From Pseudomonadota bacterium (GTDB taxonomy: Bacteria > Pseudomonadota > Gammaproteobacteria > Burkholderiales > SG8-39), in the NCBI GenBank assembly GCA_031376265.1, contig JANMDK010000362.1, positions 1-63,937 on the forward strand: a stretch of 63,937 nt of DNA, written 5' to 3'. Numbering within the stretch: the stretch's first letter is position 1; the number at the start of each line of letters is the position of its first letter. A program made the translations under genes and the position numbers. The notes below the pieces were generated by a model. That model was given only the letters and a program-made list of their open reading frames with translations, was not told the origin of the DNA and ran no database searches. This document shows positions 23,374 through 32,717 of this stretch, piece by piece.

Positions 23374-24648
23374 ATGGCGAGTCCGATCACTGCGGCGTGG
23401 AACTGGATCGATGAGCGCATGCCGACGCTCGGCGAGGAGTACCGGAAGCACATGTCCGAGTACTACGCGCCCAAGAATTTCAACTTCTGGTACTACTTCG
23501 GCGCGATGTCGATGCTGGTGCTCGCCATCCAGATCATCTCCGGCATCTTCCTCACGATGAACTACAAGCCGGACGCGAACCTCGCGTTCGGCTCGGTCGA
23601 GTACATCATGCGCGATGTGCCCGGCGGATGGCTGATCCGCTATATCCACTCCACCGGCGCGTCGATGTTTTTCGTCGTTGTCTACCTCCACATGTTCCGC
23701 GCTCTCCTGTATGGCTCGTACAAGAAGCCGCGCGAGCTGGTCTGGATCTTCGGCGTAATCATCTACCTGTCCCTGATGGGCGAGGCATTCTTCGGGTACC
23801 TGCTCCCGTGGGGCCAGATGTCGTACTGGGGCGCGCAGGTAATCGTGAACCTCTTCAGCTCGGTGCCCTTCATCGGGCCGGACCTGTCGATCTGGATCCG
23901 CGGCGACTACGTGGTGTCGGACGCGACGCTGAACCGCTTTTTCGCGCTTCACGTGATCGCCATTCCGCTGGTCCTCGTCGGCCTGGTGGCGGCGCACATC
24001 CTGGCCTTGCACGACGTCGGCTCCAACAACCCGGACGGCGTGGAGATCAAGAAGCACAAGGATGCGAACGGGCGCCCCCTGGACGGCATCCCCTTCCATC
24101 CCTACTACACGGTCAAGGATGCGGCGGGAGCAGTCATTTTCCTCGCAGTGTTCTGCGCAATCGTGTTCTTCCTGCCGGAAATGGGCGGGTACTTCCTCGA
24201 GTACAACAACTTCATCCCGGCCGACCCGCTCAAGACGCCGCAGCACATTGCGCCGGTGTGGTACTTCACGCCGTATTACTCGATCCTGCGCGCGGTGCCG
24301 CCGCTATTCAATTCCCAGTTTCCCGGCGTCATGGCGATGGGCCTCGCGACGATGATCCTCTTCCTCCTGCCATGGCTCGATCGCGATCCGGTGAAGTCGA
24401 TCCGCTATCGCGGCGGGTATTTCAAGACCGCCCTCGCGATTTTCGTCGTCACTTTCCTCGTGCTCGGATATCTCGGCACCGAGCCAACCAACGTCTGGGG
24501 GCAATTCGGGTCCTGGCTCGGCAATGCCGATCGGGCAACCGTGGCCGCAAGGGTCTTCACGATCCTGTATTTCGCGTTCTTCATCCTGATGCCCTGGTAT
24601 ACGTCGATCGACAAGTCCAAGCCGGTGCCGGATCGGGTGACGATGTGA
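23374..24648 (+). CDS. petB: Cytochrome b
   Basis: 424-aa multi-TM protein with typical cytochrome b sequence (RYIHSTGASMFF, PEWYF-like PVWYFTPYY). Confidence 0.93.
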   Translation: MASPITAAWNWIDERMPTLGEEYRKHMSEYYAPKNFNFWYYFGAMSMLVLAIQIISGIFLTMNYKPDANLAFGSVEYIMRDVPGGWLIRYIHSTGASMFFVVVYLHMFRALLYGSYKKPRELVWIFGVIIYLSLMGEAFFGYLLPWGQMSYWGAQVIVNLFSSVPFIGPDLSIWIRGDYVVSDATLNRFFALHVIAIPLVLVGLVAAHILALHDVGSNNPDGVEIKKHKDANGRPLDGIPFHPYYTVKDAAGAVIFLAVFCAIVFFLPEMGGYFLEYNNFIPADPLKTPQHIAPVWYFTPYYSILRAVPPLFNSQFPGVMAMGLATMILFLLPWLDRDPVKSIRYRGGYFKTALAIFVVTFLVLGYLGTEPTNVWGQFGSWLGNADRATVAARVFTILYFAFFILMPWYTSIDKSKPVPDRVTM

Positions 24649-24665
24649 GCGCGGAGAAAACGACA

Positions 24666-25409
24666 ATGAAAAAGCTGCTTCTCGCCCTTTTGTTCGCGCC
24701 GCTGGCGGCGCTGTTCGCCGCGCCCTCGGCAGCATCCGAAGGCGGATACCGCCTCGACCGTGCGCCGATCGACCCCAACGACATCGTCAGCATCCAGTCC
24801 GGAGCCCGAACGTTCACGAACTATTGCCTCAACTGCCATGGCGCGCAGTTCATGCGCTACAACCGCCTGACCGACATCGGCCTGAGCGAGGCGCAGATCA
24901 AGGACAACCTGCTGTTCGCGGGCGACAAGGTCGGCGAAACGATGAAAACGTCGATGACGGTGAAGGATGGGAAGGCGTGGTTCGGCGTGGCGCCCCCCGA
25001 CCTTTCGGTGATCGCGCGTGCGCGCGGAAGCGATTGGCTGTACACCTATCTGCGTACCTTCTATCGCGACTCCAAGACTGCGACGGGCTGGAACAACGCG
25101 GTGTTCCCGAACGTGGGGATGCCCCATGCGCTCTGGACGCTCCAAGGCGAGAAAGGCCTCGAATTGGTCACGACGCAAGACGGCGGCCATTCATCCACCG
25201 AGTACAAGTGGAGCCAGCTATCCGAAGGCCGCATGTCGACCACGCAGTACGACACGATGGTGCGCGATCTTGTCAATTACATGGTGTGGATGGGGGAGCC
25301 GGCCGCCAGTATTCGAAAGAAGGCCGGGGTGGTGGTGCTGTTTTTCCTGAGCGTCCTGTTTGTTCTCGCATACGCAATGAAGCGCGAATTCTGGAAGGAC
25401 GTGCACTGA
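24666..25409 (+). CDS. petC: Cytochrome c1
   Basis: The ATG at 24666 inside the 593-aa track ORF gives MKKLLLALLFAPLAALFAAPSAAS. Haem motif CLNCHG. C-terminal TM anchor. Confidence 0.9.
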   Translation: MKKLLLALLFAPLAALFAAPSAASEGGYRLDRAPIDPNDIVSIQSGARTFTNYCLNCHGAQFMRYNRLTDIGLSEAQIKDNLLFAGDKVGETMKTSMTVKDGKAWFGVAPPDLSVIARARGSDWLYTYLRTFYRDSKTATGWNNAVFPNVGMPHALWTLQGEKGLELVTTQDGGHSSTEYKWSQLSEGRMSTTQYDTMVRDLVNYMVWMGEPAASIRKKAGVVVLFFLSVLFVLAYAMKREFWKDVH

Positions 25410-25463
25410 TCGCGGGGGAGCGCCATCTCGCCTTCCCGCAAATTTCCCGCAGTTCCCGATTCG

Positions 25464-25491
25464 AGCCGGACGGCCAGCCGTCCGGCTTTTT
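25464..25491 (+). terminator. Rho-independent terminator after petC
   Basis: AGCCGGACGG-ccag-CCGTCCGGCT forms a perfect 10-bp stem followed by TTTT. Confidence 0.8.
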
Positions 25492-25510
25492 ACTCTAAGG
25501 CCCGCGCATC

Positions 25511-26110
25511 ATGATGCAACTATATTCCGGCACCACCTGCCCGTTCAGCCATCGCTGCCGCTTCGTGCTCTACGAAAAGGGCATGGACTTCCAGGTGATC
25601 GACGTCGACATGTACAACAAGCCGGAGGACATCGCGGTGATGAATCCTTATAACCGGCTGCCCGTGCTCGTCGAGCGCGACCTGGTGCTCTACGAATCGA
25701 ACATCATCAACGAATACATCGACGAGCGCTTCCCGCATCCGCAATTGATGCCGGCCGATCCGGTGATGCGCGCGCGCGCGCGACTGATGCTCTTCAACAT
25801 GGAAGTCGAGCTCTTCTCGCAGATCGAGGCCGTGGAATCCGGCAAGGAAAAGCATGTCGAGCGCGCCCGCGCGCACATCACGGACAGGCTCACGGAACTC
25901 GCCCCGATTTTCACCCGCACCAAGCACATGCTCGGTGACGACTTCACGATGCTCGACGTGGCGATCGCGCCGCTCCTGTGGCGTCTCGACCACTATGGGA
26001 TCCGCCTCGGAAAGCCGGCGGCTCCGCTCATGAAGTACGCGGAGCGGATTTTTTCGCGCCCGGCTTTCATCGAGGCGCTGACGCCGTCCGAGAAAGTGAT
26101 GCGCAAGTAA
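25511..26110 (+). CDS. sspA: Stringent starvation protein A (GST-like)
   Basis: 199 aa: MMQLYSGTTCPFSHRCRFVLYEKGMDF.... Conserved pet-sspAB context. Confidence 0.9.
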   Translation: MMQLYSGTTCPFSHRCRFVLYEKGMDFQVIDVDMYNKPEDIAVMNPYNRLPVLVERDLVLYESNIINEYIDERFPHPQLMPADPVMRARARLMLFNMEVELFSQIEAVESGKEKHVERARAHITDRLTELAPIFTRTKHMLGDDFTMLDVAIAPLLWRLDHYGIRLGKPAAPLMKYAERIFSRPAFIEALTPSEKVMRK

Positions 26111-26133
26111 TTTTCGCCGGCCAGGCAAAAGCG

Positions 26134-26577
26134 ATGTCGATCACCGAGATCCCGACCAAGCCTTACCTGCTGCGCGCGCTGTACGAATGGTGCGTCGACA
26201 ACGGCTACACGCCGCACCTGGCGGTCAAGGTCGATTCGCGCACCCAGGTCCCCTCGGAGTACGTGAAGAACGGCGAGATCACCCTAAACATCGGCCCTAC
26301 CGCGGTCCACAAGATGCAGATCGGCAATGACCTGGTCGAATTTTCGGCGCGCTTCGGCGGCGTCGCGCGGCAGATTTCGGTGCCGATCGCCAATGTCTAC
26401 GCGCTCTATGGCCGCGAAACGGGGCACGGCATGACTTTCGACGTCGACGCGCCGAAGCCTTCGATCCAGGTCCTCGCAGAAGCCGAGACTGCTTCCCGAA
26501 CCGAGGGCCAGGACCTGCCGCCCGATCCCCCGCGGCCGGCCGCAGGCGGCCGCCCGGCGCTGCGCCGGGTCAAGTAA
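26134..26577 (+). CDS. sspB: ClpXP adaptor / stringent starvation protein B
   Basis: The ATG at 26134 gives MSITEIPTKPYLLRALYEWCVDNGYTPHLAV.... The C-terminal tail ends in LRRVK. Confidence 0.9.
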   Translation: MSITEIPTKPYLLRALYEWCVDNGYTPHLAVKVDSRTQVPSEYVKNGEITLNIGPTAVHKMQIGNDLVEFSARFGGVARQISVPIANVYALYGRETGHGMTFDVDAPKPSIQVLAEAETASRTEGQDLPPDPPRPAAGGRPALRRVK

Positions 26578-26582
26578 CCGCC

Positions 26583-27527
26583 TCAGAGCTGGTAGTCGCT
26601 GCCGCTCCCGCCGGTCACCGCAAGCTCCACCGATTTGCGCGCAAGGTGAGGTGCAAACAACTCGATGAATTCGTACGCGTAGCCGCGCAGGTAAGCGCCG
26701 CGCCGGACGCCCAGCCGCGTGGTGCTCGATTCGAAAAGGTGTGACGCGTCGATCGAGCGCAGGTTGCGGTCGCGTTCCGGGTCGAAGGCCATCCTGGCCA
26801 TGATCCCGATCCCCAGGCCGAGCTCCACGTACGTCTTGATGACATCCGCGTCGAGGGCAGAGAGCACGATGTTCGGCGTGAGCCCCCGCGATTCGAACGC
26901 CTTGTTCACTAGCGAGCGGCCCGCGAACGCAAAGTCGTAAGTGATGATCGGATGGCGCGTGACGGCCTCGAGCGTAAGCGGCCGCACCTCGAGTAGCGGG
27001 TGGTCGACAGGCACGACCACACAGCGATTCCACTGGTAGCAAGGCAGCGACACGAGCTCGTCGTATTCGGCGATCGCTTCGGTGGCGATGGCGATGTCGG
27101 CCTCTCCGGCCAACACCTCCTCGCAGATCTGGGTCGGGTTGCCTTGGTGGATTGAAAGCTGCACGCCGGGATATTTCTGCTTGAAGGCCGTGATCGCCTT
27201 GGGGAGCGCGTAGCGCGCTTGCGTGTGGGTCGTCGCGATTCGCAAGGCGCCAGATGACTCGTTGGCGAACTCCTCGCCAGCGCGCTTGAGGTTGGCCGCC
27301 TCGTTGAGGATTCGTTCTGCGATGGCGAGCACCGCCTTTCCCGGATCCGTGATCGCCACGACGCGCTTGCCGTGCCGCTCGAAGATTTCCACTCCCAATT
27401 CCTGCTCGAGCATACGGATCTGCTTGCTGACTCCCGGCTGCGAGGTATGCAGCGTTTCAGCCGCAGCCGAGACGTTCAACCCCTGTTTGGCGACTTCCAC
27501 CGCGTATCGAAGCTGCTGCAGCTTCAT
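26583..27527 (-). CDS. cysB: LysR-family transcriptional regulator, CysB/Cbl type
   Basis: 314 aa: MKLQQLRYAVEVAKQGLNVSAAAETLHTSQPGVSKQIRMLEQELG. Divergent from the sulfite reductase gene. Confidence 0.8.
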   Translation of the reverse strand: MKLQQLRYAVEVAKQGLNVSAAAETLHTSQPGVSKQIRMLEQELGVEIFERHGKRVVAITDPGKAVLAIAERILNEAANLKRAGEEFANESSGALRIATTHTQARYALPKAITAFKQKYPGVQLSIHQGNPTQICEEVLAGEADIAIATEAIAEYDELVSLPCYQWNRCVVVPVDHPLLEVRPLTLEAVTRHPIITYDFAFAGRSLVNKAFESRGLTPNIVLSALDADVIKTYVELGLGIGIMARMAFDPERDRNLRSIDASHLFESSTTRLGVRRGAYLRGYAYEFIELFAPHLARKSVELAVTGGSGSDYQL

Positions 27528-27628
27528 AAGTAAATAACATATAGAAGTAACATTTAAGTATTTTGAGATCTAAAGGACGAACCTTACCATGGCTGGAAGC
27601 AGTACAAAAGACAAAGGCGGGCAGGGAA

Positions 27629-29332
27629 ATGTACGTTTACGACGAAATCGACCAGCAGCTGGTGGACGAACGGGTGAGCCAGTTTCGCGGCCAGACCGAG
27701 CGGTTCCTCGCCGGTGAACTCAGCGAAGACCAGTTCCGCCCCCTGCGGCTCCAGAACGGCCTGTATATCCAACGGTTTGCGCCGATGTTGAGGGTCGCGA
27801 TCCCCTATGGCCTGCTTTCTTCTCGCCAGCTTCGCAAAGTGGCCTCGATCGCACGCACCTACGACCGCGGGTATGCCCACTTCTCGACCCGCCAGAACGT
27901 GCAGTTCAACTGGCCGAAGCTGGAGCAGGTGCCCGAGATCCTCGCTGAACTCGCCGAAGTGCAAATGCACGCGATCCAGACTTCCGGAAATTGCATCCGC
28001 AACACGACCACCGATCACTTCGCCGGCGTTGCGACCGACGAAGTGGTCAATTCCTTCGTGTGGTGCGAGCTGATCCGGCAATGGTCCACGTTCCACCCCG
28101 AATTCGCCTTCCTGCCGCGAAAGTTCAAGATCGCCGTGAGCGGGGCGACGGCCGATCGCGCCGCGACTTTCGTGCACGACATCGGGCTGCAGGCGCTGAA
28201 AGACGAAAACGGCGAAACCGGCTTTAGGGTCATCGTCGGCGGCGGGATGGGCCGCACGCCCGTTATCGGCACCGTGATCCGCGAGTTCCTTCCGTGGCGG
28301 CACCTGCTCACGTACCTCGACGCGATCCTGCGTGTCTACAACCGCAGTGGGCGTCGCGACAACAAGTACAAGGCTCGCATCAAGATTCTCGTCAAGGACC
28401 TCGGCGCCGAGATCTTTGCCGGCAAGGTCGAGGACGAATGGGCCCATCTCGTCGATGGGCCTGCGACGCTGATCGAGGAAGAGCTTTCAAGGATCGAATC
28501 GCGCTTCACGCGCCCGGTCCATGCGCAACTCGGGAATGCAGACGCGACTTACCAGGCGACGCTCTCGGCCGACCGTTCGTTCGCCGCGTGGGCAAAGCGA
28601 AACGTTCACGAGCACAAAGTCGACGGCTACGCGGCGGTGACGCTGTCGCTAAAGCCAGTCGGGACGGCGCCCGGTGACCTTACTTCGGACCAGATGGATG
28701 CGGTCGCGGATCTCGCGGACCGCTATTCCTACGGCGAGCTTCGCGTCTCCCATGAGCAGAACCTGATTTTTGCCGACGTCCGCCAGTCGGACCTCCATGC
28801 CCTATGGGAGTCGCTGCGCGGCCTCGGACTGGCGACACCTAACATCGGCCTGATCTCCAACATCATCGCCTGCCCGGGCGGCGATTTCTGCTCACTCGCG
28901 AATGCCAAGTCGCTCCCGGTTGCCGATGCGATCCAGCGCCGCTTCGAGGACCTCGACTTCCAGCACGACATCGGCGAGCTGGACCTCAATATCTCGGGCT
29001 GCATCAACTCGTGCGGCCACCACCACGTAGGTCATATCGGCGTGCTGGGCGTCGATAAGCATGGCGAGGAGTGGTACCAGATCACGATTGGGGGAAACCA
29101 AGGCCTGACGCGCGCGGGTGCGCCGGCGGCCCTCGGCAAGGTGATCGGCCCCTCGTTCGCGCGGGATGAAGTGCCGGATGTCATCGCCAAGCTCGTTGAC
29201 GTCTACCTCGAGCGGCGTGACAGCGACGCCGAGCGATTCGTGGATACCGTATGGCGCATTGGCGTCGAACCATTCAAGGAACGTGTTTATGGCAAACATC
29301 ATCAGGCTCACGAAAGCCGCCGCGCTGCCTGA
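27629..29332 (+). CDS. cysI: Sulfite (nitrite/sulfite family) reductase hemoprotein
   Basis: Starts at ATG 27629 (MYVYDEIDQQL). Siroheme/4Fe-4S cysteine cluster CPGGDFCSLA ... SGCINSCGHHH. Confidence 0.85.
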   Translation: MYVYDEIDQQLVDERVSQFRGQTERFLAGELSEDQFRPLRLQNGLYIQRFAPMLRVAIPYGLLSSRQLRKVASIARTYDRGYAHFSTRQNVQFNWPKLEQVPEILAELAEVQMHAIQTSGNCIRNTTTDHFAGVATDEVVNSFVWCELIRQWSTFHPEFAFLPRKFKIAVSGATADRAATFVHDIGLQALKDENGETGFRVIVGGGMGRTPVIGTVIREFLPWRHLLTYLDAILRVYNRSGRRDNKYKARIKILVKDLGAEIFAGKVEDEWAHLVDGPATLIEEELSRIESRFTRPVHAQLGNADATYQATLSADRSFAAWAKRNVHEHKVDGYAAVTLSLKPVGTAPGDLTSDQMDAVADLADRYSYGELRVSHEQNLIFADVRQSDLHALWESLRGLGLATPNIGLISNIIACPGGDFCSLANAKSLPVADAIQRRFEDLDFQHDIGELDLNISGCINSCGHHHVGHIGVLGVDKHGEEWYQITIGGNQGLTRAGAPAALGKVIGPSFARDEVPDVIAKLVDVYLERRDSDAERFVDTVWRIGVEPFKERVYGKHHQAHESRRAA

Positions 29333-29714
29333 GAACCAGGCGCCTGTGCCGCTCGCGCTCTGGAAGGGCGAGCGTGCCTTGCTGCTCGGTCCCGCAGACG
29401 ACCCCGCCGCCATTGCCGAGCGCTTGGGCGAGATCGACGTCGTTGCGATCGACTTTCCGCAGTTCACGGACGGGCGCGGATACTCGATCGCCCGGTTGCT
29501 GCGAGAACGCTACGGTTACACGGGCGAAATCCGCGCAGTCGGCGAAGTGCTGCGAGACAACCTGTTTTACCTCTCGCGTTGCGGCTTCGACAGCTTTGCG
29601 TTAAGCGACGAGACAACGGCCGAGGAAGCGCTGGCCCACCTGTCGACGTTCAGCGACGCCTACCAGGCTTCGGTGGAGCGGCCCCAGCCGCTATTTCGCC
29701 GTCGGGCAGCATGA
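29289..29714 (+). CDS. DUF934 family protein (sulfite-reductase-associated)
   Basis: The ATG at 29289 gives MANIIRLTK...FPQFTDGRGYSIARLLRERYGYTGEIRAVGEVLRDNLFYLSRCGFDSF. The start is uncertain. Confidence 0.75.
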   Translation: MANIIRLTKAAALPENQAPVPLALWKGERALLLGPADDPAAIAERLGEIDVVAIDFPQFTDGRGYSIARLLRERYGYTGEIRAVGEVLRDNLFYLSRCGFDSFALSDETTAEEALAHLSTFSDAYQASVERPQPLFRRRAA

Positions 29715-30022
29715 ATACGGCCGGAGTGAACGAGCAATCCGCTGCGGCCCTGGTCCGGTTCGAGCTGGGGCATGTGCCGGACAACATGCGCCTGCCCGCC
29801 GGGCGAGTCGTAGTCGCCGTCGATGGAATGGAAAAGGCCGGCTTTGAGTACGAGGCATTCAAGGCGGAGCGAAAGGCTTTCCTCGAGCTAAACCCGCACG
29901 GCGCTCATACCGAAATGCTTTTCGTGCCGGTGTCGACCCACTATGGGGACATGATCCTCAAGCGGGGCGACCACATCGATTGGTACGACGGCCCGACGCT
30001 GGCTGAAGCGCTGGGCGTATGA
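29711..30022 (+). pseudogene. Collapsed CysN (sulfate adenylyltransferase GTPase subunit) relic, 103 codons
   Basis: VVVAVDGMEKAGFEYEAFKAERKAFL...LFVPVSTHYGDMILKRGDHIDWYDGPTLAEALG aligns by eye to the CysN/EF-Tu G-domain region around NKMD ... FVPxSALxGDN ... WYxGPTLLExL. The P-loop is absent and NKxD has degenerated to DGME. ATGA overlaps are kept at both ends. Confidence 0.6.
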
Positions 30023-30789
30023 GACCGAAGGTGTACCTGGTCGGTGCCGGTCCGGGCGCCGCGGACTTGCTTACATTGCGCGCGGTCCGGATCCTGGAGA
30101 GTGCCGACATCGTTTTCCACGACGCCTTGGTTGGCGAAGAGATCCTCGAACTTGCTGCAAAGGCCGAAAAAGTTCCGGTCGGAAAGCGTTGCGGGCGGCA
30201 TTCCACGGCGCAGAGATTTATCAACAAGCGCCTGGTCGATGCAGCAGCGACGCACGTCGTGGTTGTCCGCCTCAAGGGAGGCGATCCGATGCTGTTCGGG
30301 CGCGCCCAGGAAGAGATCGATGCCTTGGCCTCGGCCGGCATCGCCTGCGAAGTCATACCGGGCGTGACCTCCGCGCTGGCAGCGAGTGCCGAGCTATCGG
30401 TGTCCTTGACTCGCCGCGGCATTTCCCGAAGCGTGAGCTTCGTCACTCCGCGGCACGGCGAAGGGGAAGATCCGGGCGAGTGGGTTGACGCCGCAATGGC
30501 GGCCGACACAGCGGTGATCTACATGGGCACTGGGCAGGCAGCGGCACTTTCGGCCGCCCTCATCAAGGCAGGCAAGCCCGCGACAACCCCAATCGCCATA
30601 GTCGAGAACGCGTCCCTTCCAGGTTCAAGGCATGCCTTCGGAAGTCTCGAAGACCTGCCGAAACTTACGGCAACTACCGGCGGGCCGGCGCTGATCCTAA
30701 TTGGCGAGGTCTTCAGGGAAATTGGCCGGAAATCAGCCGCCCGGAATGAAAGCAATCAAGTCGTTGCCCGGGTTAGCGCCCGCGCCTGA
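30019..30789 (+). CDS. cobA: Uroporphyrinogen-III C-methyltransferase (siroheme branch)
   Basis: 256 aa: KVYLVGAGPGAADLLTLRAVRILESADIVFHDALV, GGDPMLFGR. Confidence 0.85.
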   Translation: MRPKVYLVGAGPGAADLLTLRAVRILESADIVFHDALVGEEILELAAKAEKVPVGKRCGRHSTAQRFINKRLVDAAATHVVVVRLKGGDPMLFGRAQEEIDALASAGIACEVIPGVTSALAASAELSVSLTRRGISRSVSFVTPRHGEGEDPGEWVDAAMAADTAVIYMGTGQAAALSAALIKAGKPATTPIAIVENASLPGSRHAFGSLEDLPKLTATTGGPALILIGEVFREIGRKSAARNESNQVVARVSARA

Positions 30790-31270
30790 CCATCGCCCAC
30801 AGCGACAGCACGGCAAAAATCACGAACCAAACGAGCGACCACTCGGCGATCGACAGGCCGAGGAAGCGCCAGGTCACCTCGGCGCATTGGCCGGAGCCCT
30901 TCAGCAGATTGGTGACGACCTTGGCGAGCGGGAAATGGTCGAGCATGTAGTAAAGGTCAGGGCCGCACTTTGGCACTTGGTCCGGCGGAAGGTGCTGGAG
31001 CCAGACCTGCCGCCCCGCGACGCCGGCGCCACCGGCGGCCACCACGAATGCGAGGAACCCGTAGAGCACCATCCCGATTTTCTTCGGCCCGTGGACTGCT
31101 GCGGCGAGGAAGATGAAAAGCAGGCCGAAATAGAACCCGCGCTGCACGAGGCATAGCGGGCAGGGATCCTGCCCGTCGTGATATTGCAGGTAGAAGCCGT
31201 ATCCCAGGAGGGCTGCGCATGCGAAGGCGCCGAGTACGAAGCCAACGCGTGATGCCGAACGTGCAGCCAT
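30773..31270 (-). CDS. dsbB: Disulfide bond formation protein B
   Basis: 165-aa, 4-TM protein with a CPLCLVQR motif. Its 3' end overlaps the cobA 3' end convergently by 17 bp. Confidence 0.85.
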   Translation of the reverse strand: MAARSASRVGFVLGAFACAALLGYGFYLQYHDGQDPCPLCLVQRGFYFGLLFIFLAAAVHGPKKIGMVLYGFLAFVVAAGGAGVAGRQVWLQHLPPDQVPKCGPDLYYMLDHFPLAKVVTNLLKGSGQCAEVTWRFLGLSIAEWSLVWFVIFAVLSLWAMVRRGR

Positions 31271-31318
31271 TCCCGATCCTCGATTGCGATTCGATATACT
31301 ACCGGACGCGGGCCCCGA

Positions 31319-31394
31319 GCCGGCTTAGCTCAGTTGGTAGAGCAGCTGATTTGTAATCAGAAGGTCGGGGGTTCGACTCCTCTAGCCGGCACCG
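31319..31394 (+). tRNA. tRNA-Thr (anticodon UGU)
   Basis: Hand-folded cloverleaf: acceptor GCCGGCT/AGCCGGC, D arm GCTC-AGTTGGTA-GAGC, anticodon arm GCTGA-TTTGTAA-TCAGA (TGT), T arm GGGGG-TTCGACT-CCTCT, discriminator A. The 3' end reads ACCG, so CCA is not fully encoded. Confidence 0.9.
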
Positions 31395-31483
31395 CAACTG
31401 AAGGCTAGGTAGCGAAAGTATCCGCTAACCTCGCATCTTTCAGTCCCCGATTTAGTCCCCGTATATGCACCGGCTAGCCTCGG

Positions 31484-31915
31484 TTAAGTCTTCGTGGGCG
31501 CAGAGGCGAGTGCCTTGATTTTGACCCGGCCCTTACTGCACTCAGCCAAGATATCTTTCGCGGATGCAACGGCAAGCTCGGCTTGGTCCACCCTAAGAGT
31601 TACATCCAGTTCGTAGCTTGCTGTTTCTCGCAACGGCTTCAGCATTCGCAATTGTGCGCCGATGTCTTGACTTAGGATTTTAAGACCATAGTTCAGTGTC
31701 GGGGACGGGAATTCCAGGCGCTGAATTAAGGCTTCATGTGAGCCTACGTTTTTTGGGGTGACCTTGCTCCGGTCCGGGAGGCTTTCCTCGAACTGCAAAG
31801 CCGCGTGATAGGCCCCGTAGTACGCGTTGGTGATGACGCCACGATAGTCGAAATCTTGCTCAGCCGTAGCCAGCAGCTTTGTAGCCTGGCCTAGAAAATC
31901 TTCCGGCGACGCCAC
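31484..31915 (-). CDS. HEPN-like helical protein (hypothetical)
   Basis: The track ORF 31484..32020 overlaps the upstream gene by 104 bp. A GTG at 31915 sits immediately after that gene's TGA. Helix pattern LGQATKLLATAE / NAYYGAYHAALQ / GSHEALIQRL / LRETASYE resembles HEPN, with an R-x4-Y in place of R-x4-H. Confidence 0.45.
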   Translation of the reverse strand: MASPEDFLGQATKLLATAEQDFDYRGVITNAYYGAYHAALQFEESLPDRSKVTPKNVGSHEALIQRLEFPSPTLNYGLKILSQDIGAQLRMLKPLRETASYELDVTLRVDQAELAVASAKDILAECSKGRVKIKALASAPTKT

Positions 31916-31916
31916 T

Positions 31917-32717
31917 TCAAGCTGCGGCGAGAAGTTCTTGTCTAATCGCTTTGGTAAAAGACGCGACCATGCCTCGAGGAAACGCACCGTATCGCAGACT
32001 TTCGGGGATACGGCGAGCAAGCTCGCGATTCATTGAATGAATCTCTGGAACCTCTGCATCGAGGGGAATCGTGAAGTAGAGGTAAACCGGGTCCTCAGCT
32101 GGACGCATTGTTTTCATGTGAGCAGCGAAAGCGCCATGGAACATGATCCCGTGCTCCCGCTGTATTAGGCCCATCAAGTCAAGTACGTCACCGACGTCCT
32201 GATCTGTTAAGTCGTTTGTTTTCATTACTTCGCGAGCCAACGCCAGATCTGAAAAATCAATCTGCTCCAATTCGGGGTAAAGCTTTTTCGCGCCATCGAG
32301 TCGATTACAAACTTCGTTAACTAGGCCAATGGAAACGGCCCGTTCCCAAGCTTTCGGGAAGAAACCCCTCTTGGGATCCAATAGCCATATCCCAATTTCC
32401 TGGGCCCTCTTATAGAGACCGATATTGGCGAGGGAGATCCAGAATTCGTGGTTTGTATTGATGATATCGGGATGCTGCTGAGCCTTTCCGAAATACTCAA
32501 GAACTCGCTCCGCCTCCCCGCAGATCGCTGCAATTCCGCCAAAGCGTACGAACGCCTCTCTAGCGTCAACTTTCTGCAGTTTCTCGACTACCCGCAAAAG
32601 ATTCTGAATTTCAAACGAGTCCCAACGCCTTATCTTGTCGGTCTGGCGAATGAGCGCATTGAGCGCTTCAGCCGTCTCGTTGCCTAGGGTTTGGGGGACT
32701 TTGATCATAGAAGTCAT
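31917..32717 (-). CDS. Hypothetical protein (helical), upstream partner of the HEPN-like gene
   Basis: 266-aa ORF in lower-GC DNA. Its stop abuts or overlaps the start of the downstream gene. I recognise no motif. Confidence 0.55.
   Translation of the reverse strand: MTSMIKVPQTLGNETAEALNALIRQTDKIRRWDSFEIQNLLRVVEKLQKVDAREAFVRFGGIAAICGEAERVLEYFGKAQQHPDIINTNHEFWISLANIGLYKRAQEIGIWLLDPKRGFFPKAWERAVSIGLVNEVCNRLDGAKKLYPELEQIDFSDLALAREVMKTNDLTDQDVGDVLDLMGLIQREHGIMFHGAFAAHMKTMRPAEDPVYLYFTIPLDAEVPEIHSMNRELARRIPESLRYGAFPRGMVASFTKAIRQELLAAA

Noticed and set aside
23628-25409. A 593-aa ORF spanning petB and petC.
   Set aside because: Only the last 247 codons (from ATG 24666) encode a sensible protein, cytochrome c1 with a signal peptide and a CxxCH motif. 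The upstream part is an alternative frame of petB.
31395-31483. A short direct repeat, GTCCCCG x2, and a CCGGCTAG match to the reverse complement of the tRNA acceptor end, considered as att remnants.
   Set aside because: The matches are only 7-8 bp, within chance expectation. A computational repeat search is needed to test this.
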